Assembly (NCBI GenBank): GCA_026461395.1
Contig: JAPJNA010000049.1
Coordinates: 3,516-67,515 of the forward strand
DNA: 64,000 nucleotides
Origin: Chthoniobacterales bacterium
GTDB taxonomy: Bacteria > Verrucomicrobiota > Verrucomicrobiia > Chthoniobacterales > UBA6821
Direction: 5' to 3'
Shown here: one piece after another, positions 37,147 through 46,832 of the stretch
How positions within the stretch are numbered: the first letter of the stretch is position 1
Layout: every line of letters begins with the position of its first letter
Made by a program: the position numbers and the translations under genes
The notes under the pieces: model-generated
What the model was told of the DNA's origin: nothing
Seen by the model: the letters and a program-made list of their open reading frames with translations, nothing else
Database searches by the model: none

Positions 37147-39534
37147 TCAGCCACGGACCTCGGCTCCCGCCGCTTCCCGAAGCCGGGCGACGATGCGTGT
37201 GACCGCCTCGTTCACCTCTTCCGTGGTTAAGGTTCTTTCGGGATGAAGGAAAGTCAAGGCGATGGCCAGAGATTTTTTGCCAAGGGGCACTTTGACTCCC
37301 TCGGAATCGCTGAAGACATCGAAAGGAGTAACGGCGGAGAGTAACTCTTCCCGTGCTCCCAGAACCGCCTGCTCGATAACGGAGTAGGAAGTGGCTGCAT
37401 CCATCAGTAGGGCCAGATCGCGGCGAACCGCCGGGAACTTGTGAAGTGAACTATGCTGCTTCGGATCCTTCGAGAACCCAATACCGTTAGTAATCTGCAA
37501 TGCATGGAGGTCGAGTTCGGCTACAACGATCTGACCCTGATGCCCGCCGACCATCAACTCGCGCGTGGCAGATGGTGAAAGAACGCCGAGAATGCCGGCG
37601 GGTTTGCCCGCTATCAGGATCTCGAGAGCCAGAGGTAATGAGGCATGCGTTTTAGCACGGAAGGTGATCGGTTCCAGGCGAGTACCTAGCAGTTGGATAA
37701 CGCCCTTGAGATCATAGAGATCCAGGGACCTCTCCCCATCCTCCTTACCACGCCAATTCTCGGGCGCTGTGCGGCCCGTCATGACAAGACCGAGGCGGAT
37801 CGACTCCTCGGGTTGCTCCTGCTGGTAGACTTTGCCGATCTCGAAGAGCCGTATCGAATCAGTGCCATGACGCAGATTACGCGAAACGGCCTCCAGAAGT
37901 CCGGGTATCAGGCTGGCTCGCAGGGTAGAGTGCTCCTCACCCATCGGGTTGCGGACGGCGATCACGCCTCCGGTAGAGAAGGCTTCCTGATCGCGGCTGC
38001 CGGTCAGTGTTCCACTACGAGCTTCATGAAATCCTCCACCCGAGAGGCGACGTCGCAGACCGCAAGCGAAGTCATAGGCCTTGTCGGCATCGCTCGAATG
38101 AGCAGGTATACCAGCGCATTTTGCTGTGATGGAGTTGATCCCATGGAGTCGAGCGACCTCCTCGATCAGATCGACCTCGCGGGTCAGGTCGTTCCGCCAG
38201 GAGGGAATCTGAAATCCCAAATCAGCTTCACTTGCGATCTTTTTTAGCCCCAGCTTCGTGAGGAGTATGGCAATGGAGTCGTCGTCCAGATCGATGCCGA
38301 GAAGCGAGCGAACACGATCACCGCGCAGAGCCACCACGCGCGGCGTGGGAAGCGATCCGGCGATGACGAGTTCCGCAGAAGGTATTCCTCCTGCCAACTC
38401 CACGATCAGAGCCGCAGCCCGTGCGGAAGCGGCCAGTGATCCTTGGGCATCGACTCCGCGCTCGAAGCGGTAGCTGGAGTCGGTCGAAATTCCGAGTGCT
38501 CGGCTCGATCTGCGGATCACGGTCGGCTCGAAGAGGGCGCTTTCTAACAGAATCGATGTGGTCGTTTCAGAAACCCCGCTTTCAACGCCTCCGGTGATTC
38601 CGGCAATAGCTTGGGAGCCCTTGGCATCGGCGATCACAAGATCATGCGCGGTGAGCTTGTACTCTTTTCCATCAAGGGCGGTGAAGGCTTCCCCTTCGTT
38701 CGCAAAGCGCACGGTCAGAGCCCCATCGACCTTACCAGCATCAAAGGCGTGAAGAGGCTGAGCCGTCTCGAACATCACGAAATTCGTGATATCGACAATG
38801 TTATTGATGGAACGGAGCCCAACCGATTCGAGACGCTTCCGGAGCCACTCGGGGCTCGGACCTATTTTGACACCGTCGATGCGGCGGATGCTGTAGAAGG
38901 ATGCGGCGTCGGGAGCGGCAATGGCGGCGACGGAAGCATTCTCCTTTGTAACAGGCAGCTCAGGATCCTTGGTGATAAGCTCTCCACAGCCAAAAGCGGC
39001 CGCTTCACGGGCCACACCAACATGACCGAGCCAGTCGGGACGATTTGGCGTGATCTCGATCTCAAAGACTTCCTCCGCTGGAAAGAGTTCGCTCAAGGGC
39101 GTGCCGATTGCGGTCTCCGAAGGCAGGATCAATAATCCATCAGCTCCTTCGCCGAGGCCGAGCTCCTTGGAACTGCACATCATCCCCTCGCTTTCGACGC
39201 CACGCAGCTTGCCAACCTTGATCTTGAAATCACCGGGCATCACGGCGCCGGGTTGCGCGAGCGGCACCTTGTCACCGACCTTGTAATTCTTGGCTCCGCA
39301 GACGATCTGGCGCGGCGTGCCACTGCCATCATCGACCTTGCAGACGCTGAGGCGGTCGGCATTCGGATGCTGGATTGACTCAAGGATCTGGGCGGCGACA
39401 ACCTTTGGAATGGCAACGCCTGTCGACTCGATCGAACCGACTTCGAGGCCAGCATCAGTCAGAATACGCGCGATCTCGGCAACCGGCTTTTCGGTGCGGA
39501 GATAGTCCCGGAGCCAGGAAAGGGAAATCTTCAT
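37147..39534 (-). CDS. pheT: Phenylalanyl-tRNA synthetase beta
   Basis: HPNADRL, IVCGA, TPNRPD, SYRFERG, REVDLIEE, RDLAL. Confidence 0.97.
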   Translation of the reverse strand: MKISLSWLRDYLRTEKPVAEIARILTDAGLEVGSIESTGVAIPKVVAAQILESIQHPNADRLSVCKVDDGSGTPRQIVCGAKNYKVGDKVPLAQPGAVMPGDFKIKVGKLRGVESEGMMCSSKELGLGEGADGLLILPSETAIGTPLSELFPAEEVFEIEITPNRPDWLGHVGVAREAAAFGCGELITKDPELPVTKENASVAAIAAPDAASFYSIRRIDGVKIGPSPEWLRKRLESVGLRSINNIVDITNFVMFETAQPLHAFDAGKVDGALTVRFANEGEAFTALDGKEYKLTAHDLVIADAKGSQAIAGITGGVESGVSETTTSILLESALFEPTVIRRSSRALGISTDSSYRFERGVDAQGSLAASARAAALIVELAGGIPSAELVIAGSLPTPRVVALRGDRVRSLLGIDLDDDSIAILLTKLGLKKIASEADLGFQIPSWRNDLTREVDLIEEVARLHGINSITAKCAGIPAHSSDADKAYDFACGLRRRLSGGGFHEARSGTLTGSRDQEAFSTGGVIAVRNPMGEEHSTLRASLIPGLLEAVSRNLRHGTDSIRLFEIGKVYQQEQPEESIRLGLVMTGRTAPENWRGKEDGERSLDLYDLKGVIQLLGTRLEPITFRAKTHASLPLALEILIAGKPAGILGVLSPSATRELMVGGHQGQIVVAELDLHALQITNGIGFSKDPKQHSSLHKFPAVRRDLALLMDAATSYSVIEQAVLGAREELLSAVTPFDVFSDSEGVKVPLGKKSLAIALTFLHPERTLTTEEVNEAVTRIVARLREAAGAEVRG

Positions 39535-39553
39535 AGGCGTTTAGGCTGTGAAA

Positions 39554-40588
39554 TCAGGGGGTGAATCGGGAAAGGAAGCGCAGATCGTTCTCGCTCAGCA
39601 TCCGGATGTCGGAGACACCCGTGAGATTCATGGCGAGCCGGTCGAGACCGAAGCCGAAGGCAAAGCCGCTCACCTTCTCGGGATCGTAGGCATTGTCGCC
39701 GCGCTTTTTGTTCACTTCCTCGAAGACGGCGGGGTCGACCATACCGCAGCCGGCGAGTTCCATCCACTTCCCGCCTAGGGCCTCGGTACGGAGATCGATC
39801 TCGTAGCTCGGCTCGGTGAAGGGGAAGAAGTGGGGGCGGAAACGAATCTCGGTACCGGTGCCGAAAAGCTCGCGGAAGAAGAATTCGATGGTTCCCTTGA
39901 GATCGGCCAAACTCACGCCGGGAGCGACATAGAGTCCCTCCATCTGGGTAAACTGAGCGAGATGCGTGGCATCAACCTCGTCGCGGCGGTAGGCGGCGCC
40001 AGGGGCGATGATACGGATCGGGGGCGGATTTGCCACCATGGTCCGGATCTGAATGGACGACGTATGCGTGCGGAGCAAGCGTCCGTCAGAGAGATAGAAG
40101 GTATCCTGCTCGTTCCGGGCCGGATGGTCGGCAGGCGTGTTCAGCGCGTCGAAGCAGTGCCACTCGGTCTCCATGTCGGGACCGTCGGCAATGGCAAATC
40201 CTAGCCTGCGGAAGATTTGTACGGCACGGTCCACCAGGAGGGTGAGTGGGTGGAGTGATCCGGCCTCGGGGGCGGTGCCTGGCAGGGAGGCGTCGATTAC
40301 GGAGAGCGCGGCTTCATCCGCCTGCGCAGTGAGAGCCGTTTCCTTCTCATCGAGCGCGGCCGTGACAGCAGTCCTCAAGTCATTGAGAAGTTTACCCATG
40401 ACAGGGCGCTCTTCCTTGGAGAGCGCGCGCATCCCTTCGCTCAGCAGGGAGACCGATCCGGTCTTGCCGAGGTAGCGGACGCGAGCTTCCTTAAGAGCTA
40501 AAGCATCGGACGCCTCCGCAATAGCGGAGAGCGCCTCGATGCGAAGCTGGTCAATCTGGCTGCTAAGCGCTGGTGTCTGGGTCTCCAC
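39554..40588 (-). CDS. pheS: Phenylalanyl-tRNA synthetase alpha
   Basis: LRTHTS, FRPHFFPFTEPS, FAFGFGLDR. Confidence 0.97.
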   Translation of the reverse strand: METQTPALSSQIDQLRIEALSAIAEASDALALKEARVRYLGKTGSVSLLSEGMRALSKEERPVMGKLLNDLRTAVTAALDEKETALTAQADEAALSVIDASLPGTAPEAGSLHPLTLLVDRAVQIFRRLGFAIADGPDMETEWHCFDALNTPADHPARNEQDTFYLSDGRLLRTHTSSIQIRTMVANPPPIRIIAPGAAYRRDEVDATHLAQFTQMEGLYVAPGVSLADLKGTIEFFFRELFGTGTEIRFRPHFFPFTEPSYEIDLRTEALGGKWMELAGCGMVDPAVFEEVNKKRGDNAYDPEKVSGFAFGFGLDRLAMNLTGVSDIRMLSENDLRFLSRFTP

Positions 40589-40612
40589 TTAGGGAAATCC
40601 CGGTGACCGCCC

Positions 40613-41008
40613 TTAGGCTGCGACAGCCTGCGGCGCCTTGACTTTCGGCTTTGCCTCGAGGGCGGCCTTGGCCTTGGCGACGATCTGGGTGAAGGAACCC
40701 TCATCCGTGATCGCGATGTCCGAGAGGACCTTGCGATCAAGCAGGATGTTGGCGGCCTTCAGGCCCTCGATGAAGCGGTTGTAGCTTAGTCCCTGAGCGC
40801 GGACAGCTGCATTCAGACGGACGATCCAGAGGGAACGAACGTTGCGCTTGCGTGTTTTACGATCACGGTAGGCCCAGTACTTGGCCTTCATCCGTGCATC
40901 CTTCGCATAACGGTAAAGTTTGGAACGGCGGCCGCGGTATCCGCTGGCTTCTACGATGACCCGCTTGCGACGTGCGCGACTGGCGGGTGAATTGGTGGCT
41001 CTTGGCAT
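40613..41008 (-). CDS. rplT: 50S ribosomal protein L20
   Basis: GYRGRRS, AYRDRK, WIVRLNAA, LDRKVLS. Confidence 0.97.
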   Translation of the reverse strand: MPRATNSPASRARRKRVIVEASGYRGRRSKLYRYAKDARMKAKYWAYRDRKTRKRNVRSLWIVRLNAAVRAQGLSYNRFIEGLKAANILLDRKVLSDIAITDEGSFTQIVAKAKAALEAKPKVKAPQAVAA

Positions 41009-41066
41009 CTCTTATTTCCACCGCTGTGACACGGTGGACCTCGTCGGGCTGGCTGTTTGTGTTGTT

Positions 41067-41126
41067 CGATCCGGGATCTCACCCGCCCGGGAAGGCCGGA
41101 AATCTTCCGGCCAGATCCTCGGATCG
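41067..41126. other. Structured three-way-junction-like element between rpmI and rplT
   Basis: cgatccg/cggatcg, ggatct/agatcc and ggccggaa/ttccggcc nested stems. Confidence 0.55.
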
Positions 41127-41140
41127 TATTTTTTAACCTT

Positions 41141-41356
41141 TTATCGCAGGCCGAAAGGCAGATTCAGCTTCACTCGGCTCACATCGCAGTCTTCAACGAC
41201 GACCTGTTTGCCAAGCTTCCGCTTGCTCTTGGAGCTTTTGCACTCGAGCAAGTGGCGCCGACCAGCCTTCGAACGAACGACCTTGCCCGTGGCGGTGATC
41301 TTAAACCGTTTGGCCACGGACTTCTTGGTTTTGCTACGTGCGATTGCTTTTGGCAT
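41141..41356 (-). CDS. rpmI: 50S ribosomal protein L35
   Basis: KTKKSVAKRFKITATGK, RHLL. Confidence 0.96.
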   Translation of the reverse strand: MPKAIARSKTKKSVAKRFKITATGKVVRSKAGRRHLLECKSSKSKRKLGKQVVVEDCDVSRVKLNLPFGLR

Positions 41357-41406
41357 GGGGGGTGGAAGATTTCAGAGTGAGAGCCGCTTGGCAACAATAA
41401 AAAGGC

Positions 41407-42285
41407 TCAACTCACAAACTCGAGTTTGTCGAGCCTAGGAACAAGCCCTTGGTCGGCTGCCCTCCCCAGGAACTCCCGGATCGCCGCACGACCGCTCTCG
41501 CCATAATCGAGGGTGTAGTCGTTCACATACATCCCGATGAATTCATCGGCAAGAGGGACCTCCATGCCGCGCGCATGGGACATGCTGTGGTCGACGGCGG
41601 CGCGGCGATGCTCCAGGCCGTAGCGGATGCTCTCCTTCATGATGATGTTGAGCTCACGGCGCTGATCGGAGTCGAAGTCCTTGCGGATGACATTGCCGCC
41701 GAGCGGAAGGGGTAGACCCGTCTCGGCCTTGAACCACTCGCCCATGTCGGCGATTTTTTCGAAGCCCTCGTTGGCATAGGTGAGCTGTCCCTCGTGAATA
41801 ATCAGGCCGACATCGACGGAACCTGAGCGAATCGCATCAAAGATCTCGTCAAAAGGAACGACCACATGGTTGAAAACAGGTCCAAGAAAGAGCTGTGCGC
41901 TCAGATAGGCGCTGGTCATAAGGCCGGGGATGGCAATCTTTTTGGATCGGAGCCAGGTCTTCTTCTCCTCAAGCGAGGCATCGGCAGCAGGCCCTTGATT
42001 CTGAAGGGCCACGAACATCGGCCCGTAGCCGTCACCCATGCTGGCTCCACACGGCAGCAGGGCATACTTGTCGAGCAGGTGGGCATAGGCGTGGATCGAG
42101 ACTGCAGAGAGGTGGAGTTCACCGCGCATCGCCCGCTCATTCAAAGTCTGAATGTCTTGGAGGATATGCTGGAACTTATAGCCCATCAGGTCGATCTTCT
42201 CGGCCGCCATGGCGTAGAACATGAAGGCGTCGTCGGGATCGGGCGAGTGGCCTAGGAGAAGCGTGGTGTCAGGTGCGTGGGACAT
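41407..42285 (-). CDS. mqnD: 1,4-dihydroxy-6-naphthoate synthase (futalosine pathway)
   Basis: GHSPDPDDAFMFYA, GASMGDGYGP, IIHEGQLTY, PLPLGG, MYVN. Confidence 0.9.
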   Translation of the reverse strand: MSHAPDTTLLLGHSPDPDDAFMFYAMAAEKIDLMGYKFQHILQDIQTLNERAMRGELHLSAVSIHAYAHLLDKYALLPCGASMGDGYGPMFVALQNQGPAADASLEEKKTWLRSKKIAIPGLMTSAYLSAQLFLGPVFNHVVVPFDEIFDAIRSGSVDVGLIIHEGQLTYANEGFEKIADMGEWFKAETGLPLPLGGNVIRKDFDSDQRRELNIIMKESIRYGLEHRRAAVDHSMSHARGMEVPLADEFIGMYVNDYTLDYGESGRAAIREFLGRAADQGLVPRLDKLEFVS

Positions 42286-42295
42286 GGATGAAAAG

Positions 42296-42330
42296 TATGA
42301 AGGCTGAAGTCTAAAGGCTAAAAGATAAAA
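42296..42330. repeat. Five degenerate heptamers in the pyrD-mqnD spacer
   Basis: tatgaag gctgaag tctaaag gctaaaa gataaaa. Confidence 0.7.
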
Positions 42331-42364
42331 GGTGTCTCGTGGAAGACAACTGCCAGAAAAAAGA

Positions 42365-43372
42365 TTAAAAGCTGGCAGCTAGATTCCTAAGTAGGCCGGG
42401 GCCTTGGTAGATGAAGGCGGTGTAGACTTGCAGGAGATCGGCTCCGGCATCCAGGCGCTCCTTGGCCGAGGCGGCATCACTGACTCCGCCGCAGGCGATG
42501 ACGGGAATTTTTGTTTGCTGACGGATCGTGCGCAGTGCCACCAGAGAGCGATGACGAACAGGAACCCCGCTCAGCCCTCCTGTCTGATCTTGGGAATGAG
42601 GAATCGCGGAGTGGTCGAGCGTGGTATTGGTGGCGATCAGGCCAGCCAGCTGCTCCGTCTCGGCAAGCTGGACGATTGCGATCAGATCCTCCTCCGCAAG
42701 ATCGGGGGCAACCTTCACGAAGAGAGGGCAACGTGGAGGGCCCTCCCAATCGCGCAGAGTGCGGATGATCCTGCCCAGAGCCTCGGTCGATTGCAGATCG
42801 CGCAGACCCGGAGTATTGGGCGAGCTGACATTGATCACGAAATAATCACCCAAGCCATGAAGACGCTTGAAGGAGGCTAGATAATCCTCATGAGCCCGCT
42901 CCGCAGGCGTCACTTTCGACTTTCCGATGTTCAAGCCCACGGGGATGCGCGGCCATCGACCTGCGGCTCTCAGTCCTTTCAGGCGCGTTGCAACCGACTC
43001 GGCTCCCTCGTTGTTGAATCCCAGCCGGTTGATCAGGGCCTGTTGCTCAGGATAGCGGAAGAGTCGGGGCTTCGGATTGCCCGGCTGGGCCAGCGCGGTG
43101 ATCGTACCGATCTCCATGAAGCCAAATCCCAGAGCCTCCCAAGCGGGAAGAGCGATTCCGTTCTTGTCCATCCCGGCTGCAAGACCGATCGGATTCGGAA
43201 ACTTGATTCCCGCCACCGTGCGGGGACTCTTTGGCAAGGACTTACCTGCGGTTAAACGAACCAGACCGGGATACTGCGATCCAGCCTCCAGAAGACTCAT
43301 CACGGCGTCATGGGCCTGCTCCGCATCCAGGGCAAAGAAGATCGGGCGAAGGAAGCGTTGGTAGAAATCCAT
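42365..43372 (-). CDS. pyrD: Quinone-dependent dihydroorotate dehydrogenase (class 2)
   Basis: GLAAGMDK, INRLGFNN, NVSSPNTPGLR, ATNTT, GGLSG. Confidence 0.95.
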   Translation of the reverse strand: MDFYQRFLRPIFFALDAEQAHDAVMSLLEAGSQYPGLVRLTAGKSLPKSPRTVAGIKFPNPIGLAAGMDKNGIALPAWEALGFGFMEIGTITALAQPGNPKPRLFRYPEQQALINRLGFNNEGAESVATRLKGLRAAGRWPRIPVGLNIGKSKVTPAERAHEDYLASFKRLHGLGDYFVINVSSPNTPGLRDLQSTEALGRIIRTLRDWEGPPRCPLFVKVAPDLAEEDLIAIVQLAETEQLAGLIATNTTLDHSAIPHSQDQTGGLSGVPVRHRSLVALRTIRQQTKIPVIACGGVSDAASAKERLDAGADLLQVYTAFIYQGPGLLRNLAASF

Positions 43373-43443
43373 CTAGAAATGACCTTTATCAGCATTTCAA
43401 AAATCAGGAACGCACGAAATCAGCGTTCGGTGTGAAGGCATTT

Positions 43444-43515
43444 GCTACAAAAGGCACAAGAGGCACAAAAAAATACGATGCTAGCTTCAGCTTTAAAGTT
43501 TCACGTTTCACCTTT
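43444..43515. repeat. 9-mer triplet plus five heptamers in the pyrD/prmA divergent spacer
   Basis: gctacaaaa ggcacaaga ggcacaaaa, then ctagctt cagcttt aaagttt cacgttt caccttt (43481-43515). Confidence 0.65.
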
Positions 43516-43623
43516 GATGGCATCCGCCTCCCGGCGGACGGTGCCACCCTTCGGGCAACGACTCTGTCGTTGTCTTCCGCGCTAGTTCCCACGAGCTTGG
43601 TTCATAATTCATCCTATCCCATC

Positions 43624-44478
43624 ATGCTCCCAATCACTCATCTCTGGACACGTCTCTCTTCCGTCAAATGGGAAGACGCCTGGGTCGAGCGACTGTGCTT
43701 TGCCGGCGAACAGAATCTGGTCATCAAGAAGTTCCCCGCCTCCCGTTCGATCAAGCTCGATCTCTATACCGACGCCACCAACGGCAAGAAACTGATCAAG
43801 GCATTTGGTGGCACCCTGCGCCCTTTTGACGCCAAGGGTTGGCAGCCTCCTGCATCCAAGATGATCGATCCTCTCCGCATCAGCGGAGTGCTGCGCATCT
43901 ATCGCGATAAAGCTCTCTTCGCGAAGGAACGCAACGCCGGGAAAGGTCTCCCCCTGCTCGTTCCCAGTGGCATGGCCTTCGGCACCGGAGACCATGCCAC
44001 CACGACCCGCTGTCTTCAGCTGCTCGTTAAGGCCTCTGCACCTCTCCTGGCTTCCGGCAAGCCCTGGTCGCTACTCGACCTAGGTTGCGGCTCTGGAATC
44101 CTGGCTCTTGCCGCCGAAACACTCGGCGCCGGAAAGGTCCTCGGCTGCGACTTCGATGAAGCCTGCGTCCGTATCTCCAAGGAGAATGCTAAACTCAACA
44201 AGCTAACCGCATCTCGCTTTATCAAGGCCGACGTTCTCAAGTGGAAGGCCAATGAGATGGGAGGCGCCTATGATATCGTCACGGCCAATCTCTACTCGAC
44301 CATCCTCACCGTAGCCGCCCCGATGATCATCAAAGCCATCAAACCTAGTGGCACACTCATTCTCTCGGGCATCCTAGCCGTGGAAGAAATAGCCATCCTC
44401 AAGACCTTCTCAAAACTCCACCACATCAAGACACTCAAGCGTGGCAAATGGGCAGCAGTGATGATGAGGAAAGGCTGA
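43624..44478 (+). CDS. prmA: Ribosomal protein L11 methyltransferase
   Basis: MAFGTGDHATT, LDLGCGSGIL, ANL, LSGIL; start ATG 43624. Confidence 0.9.
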   Translation: MLPITHLWTRLSSVKWEDAWVERLCFAGEQNLVIKKFPASRSIKLDLYTDATNGKKLIKAFGGTLRPFDAKGWQPPASKMIDPLRISGVLRIYRDKALFAKERNAGKGLPLLVPSGMAFGTGDHATTTRCLQLLVKASAPLLASGKPWSLLDLGCGSGILALAAETLGAGKVLGCDFDEACVRISKENAKLNKLTASRFIKADVLKWKANEMGGAYDIVTANLYSTILTVAAPMIIKAIKPSGTLILSGILAVEEIAILKTFSKLHHIKTLKRGKWAAVMMRKG

Positions 44479-44507
44479 AGCGATTTAGGCTGAAGGCTGT
44501 TAGGGCA
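44472..44507. repeat. aggctga-family array at the prmA stop
   Basis: aggctga agcgatt taggctga aggctgt tagggca. Confidence 0.55.
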
Positions 44508-44543
44508 GAATTCTGAAAGTCCGAGTCTCGTTTTCATTTGAGG

Positions 44544-44700
44544 ACTTCCAAGGCTTGGAAGTTTGGATGCAGCGCTTGGCCGCCAAGTGAACCAAGCCTC
44601 TGGGAAGAGGCGCGGAGAAGTTGCCGTAGGCAAACCCGAAGGGCGGCACAGCTTTGCGGGAGCAAAGTGCCGTTCAAGCTGTAGTAGTCCTACGGCGACA
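44544..44700. other. Multi-hairpin structured intergenic element
   Basis: At least five stems including acttccaa/ttggaagt, gcctct-GGGA-agaggc and tttgc-GGGA-gcaaa. Confidence 0.55.
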
Positions 44701-44740
44701 GCAGGCGAACAACGCGCTGAGCCGATATCCCAAGCCGCTC

Positions 44741-45031
44741 TTACTCCTCGCCGAAGCGGGTGCGTATCAACTGCTCTAACTCGCTCAACACCGTCGTTGC
44801 ATCGTCGCCCTCGGCGGTGACACGCAGAATCGATCCCTTGCCAGCGGCCAGCATCATGAGTCCCATGATGCTCTTGCCATTGACGCGCTCTCCATCCTTC
44901 TCAACCCAGACCTCGGAGCGGAAGCGGCTGGAAGTCTTCACGAAGAGAGCTGCGGGGCGGGCATGGAGACCGTTCCGGTTCTCGATGGTGAGATCCTTGG
45001 TGGCCTTGGAGTCGTCTGCTTGAGTGGTCAT
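44741..45031 (-). CDS. ptsH: HPr phosphocarrier protein
   Basis: GLHARPAA (His15), NGKSIMGLM (Ser46). Confidence 0.95.
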   Translation of the reverse strand: MTTQADDSKATKDLTIENRNGLHARPAALFVKTSSRFRSEVWVEKDGERVNGKSIMGLMMLAAGKGSILRVTAEGDDATTVLSELEQLIRTRFGEE

Positions 45032-45059
45032 GTCTTGAAAGAGTTCCGTGAAAATATTT

Positions 45060-46025
45060 TTAGTGATCCCTGGCGGGTTTCATCGCACGCAGGAGGCGGT
45101 CGTTGAATTCCCGGGCCGTGTCATGGCCCATGCCCCTGAGTTTTTGATTGAGGGCCGCGACTTCCACGAGTCGGGCGAGATCACGGCTTGGTCTGACGGG
45201 AATTGTGACATGCGGGATGGGAATGCCGAGGATCTCATAGGCATCCCGGTCGAGTCCCAACCTATCAATCTCCTCGACGTCGTGCCAATCCTTTAGCGTG
45301 ACGATCAGGTCGAGCCGTTTCTCGGGCCGGACGGATCCGGCGCCGAAGATGGCGGCCACATTGATGATGCCGATGCCCCTCACCTCCATGTGGAAGCGGG
45401 TGAGCTCCTTGCTGTTGCCGATGAGCTCGCGCCCCTCGAGATTGCGGAAGCGGGTGATGTCGTCGCTGACCAGGCTGTAGCCGCGCTCAATGAGTCCGAG
45501 GACGCACTCGCTCTTGCCAATCCCGCTGGCGCCGCGGATCAATACGCCCATTCCCATGATGTCGACCATGCTGCCGTGCTCGGAAGCCACGGGGGCAAAC
45601 TCGTCCTCCAGAGCAATGGTGGCTGAGTTGATAAACTTCATGGTCACCAGGGGCGTGCGGAACACAGGGGTTTCGGATTTGGCAGCAAACTCGAGCAGGC
45701 CGGTCGGGAGAGGAAGTCCCCTGGCGATCACGAGGCAGGGGATCTGCTGTTCGAAAAGAGACTTGATCCTAGTAGCACGCTCCTCGGCAGGCAAACTGCG
45801 GAGATAGCTGAGTTCGGCATGCCCGGCGACCTGAACACGCTTGGAGGCAAAATACCGGAAGAAACCGGCTAGGGCTAGGCCTGGCCTGTTGATGGTGGGC
45901 TCGGCGATGGGTCGCTCCATGCCGACCGAGTCGCCGATGAGCTCTAACTCGAGCGACGGTCCGTGATCGGCAAAAAACTTGCCGACCGAGAGGGACTTGA
46001 ACAATGGATCCTTGGTTCTGGCCAT
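45060..46025 (-). CDS. hprK: HPr kinase/phosphorylase
   Basis: RPGLAL, HG, GASGIGKSE, VSDD, MEVRGIGII. Confidence 0.96.
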   Translation of the reverse strand: MARTKDPLFKSLSVGKFFADHGPSLELELIGDSVGMERPIAEPTINRPGLALAGFFRYFASKRVQVAGHAELSYLRSLPAEERATRIKSLFEQQIPCLVIARGLPLPTGLLEFAAKSETPVFRTPLVTMKFINSATIALEDEFAPVASEHGSMVDIMGMGVLIRGASGIGKSECVLGLIERGYSLVSDDITRFRNLEGRELIGNSKELTRFHMEVRGIGIINVAAIFGAGSVRPEKRLDLIVTLKDWHDVEEIDRLGLDRDAYEILGIPIPHVTIPVRPSRDLARLVEVAALNQKLRGMGHDTAREFNDRLLRAMKPARDH

Positions 46026-46027
46026 GG

Positions 46028-46816
46028 CTACATAGCGAAGGATTCGCCGAGGTACAGCTTGCGGCTGATGGGGTCGCGTAGCAGAAAGTCCTTGTCACCC
46101 TGACTCTCGACGCGTCCCTCGTAGATAAGGTAAGCGCGGTCGGTGATTGCCAGCGTCTCACGCACATTGTGATCGGTGATCAGGATGGCCAATCCCATGT
46201 CGCGCAGGTCGGAGATGATCTGTTGTACGTCGTACACAGCGATGGGATCCACGCCGCTGAAAGGCTCGTCCAGCATGAGAAGCTTCGGGTTGGTGACTAG
46301 CGAACGGGCAATCGTGAGGCGGCGCTTCTCGCCGCCGGAGAGGGTAAGAGCTTCGTTCTTGGCGATATGGGCGATGCCGAATCGCTCGAGCAGCTCGTCG
46401 CAGCGCTCGTCCCTCTCCTTCTTGGACAGGGAGGTGGTCTCCAGGATCGCCATGATGTTCTGCCTCACGGTGAGCTTGCGGAAGATCGACTCTTCCTGGG
46501 GCAGATAGCCCATGCCAAGCCGGGCGCGCTTGTACATCGGATCATGCGTGACGTCCTTCCCGTGAAAGAAAACACGGCCACCGTCGGGGCGGACCAGCCC
46601 GACGATCATGTAAAAGGTAGTCGTCTTGCCCGCACCGTTGGGGCCTAGCAGGCCGACGATCTCACCCTTACGCACATGGATATCGACTCCGTTCACGACG
46701 GAACGGCCGCCATAGATTTTCTTCAACCCGTCGGTGCGCAGGATGGGCTCGTCAGCCAAATTTGCTGCGACGGCGGCGTCAGCTACGACTTGTTGGGGAT
46801 CAGTTTCTTGGCTCAT
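46028..46816 (-). CDS. lptB: LPS export ABC ATPase
   Basis: GPNGAGKTT, GYLPQEESIF, LSGGEKRR, DEPFSGVDP, TDHNVRE. Confidence 0.96.
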   Translation of the reverse strand: MSQETDPQQVVADAAVAANLADEPILRTDGLKKIYGGRSVVNGVDIHVRKGEIVGLLGPNGAGKTTTFYMIVGLVRPDGGRVFFHGKDVTHDPMYKRARLGMGYLPQEESIFRKLTVRQNIMAILETTSLSKKERDERCDELLERFGIAHIAKNEALTLSGGEKRRLTIARSLVTNPKLLMLDEPFSGVDPIAVYDVQQIISDLRDMGLAILITDHNVRETLAITDRAYLIYEGRVESQGDKDFLLRDPISRKLYLGESFAM

Positions 46817-46832
46817 GCGTATTCGGAGAAAA

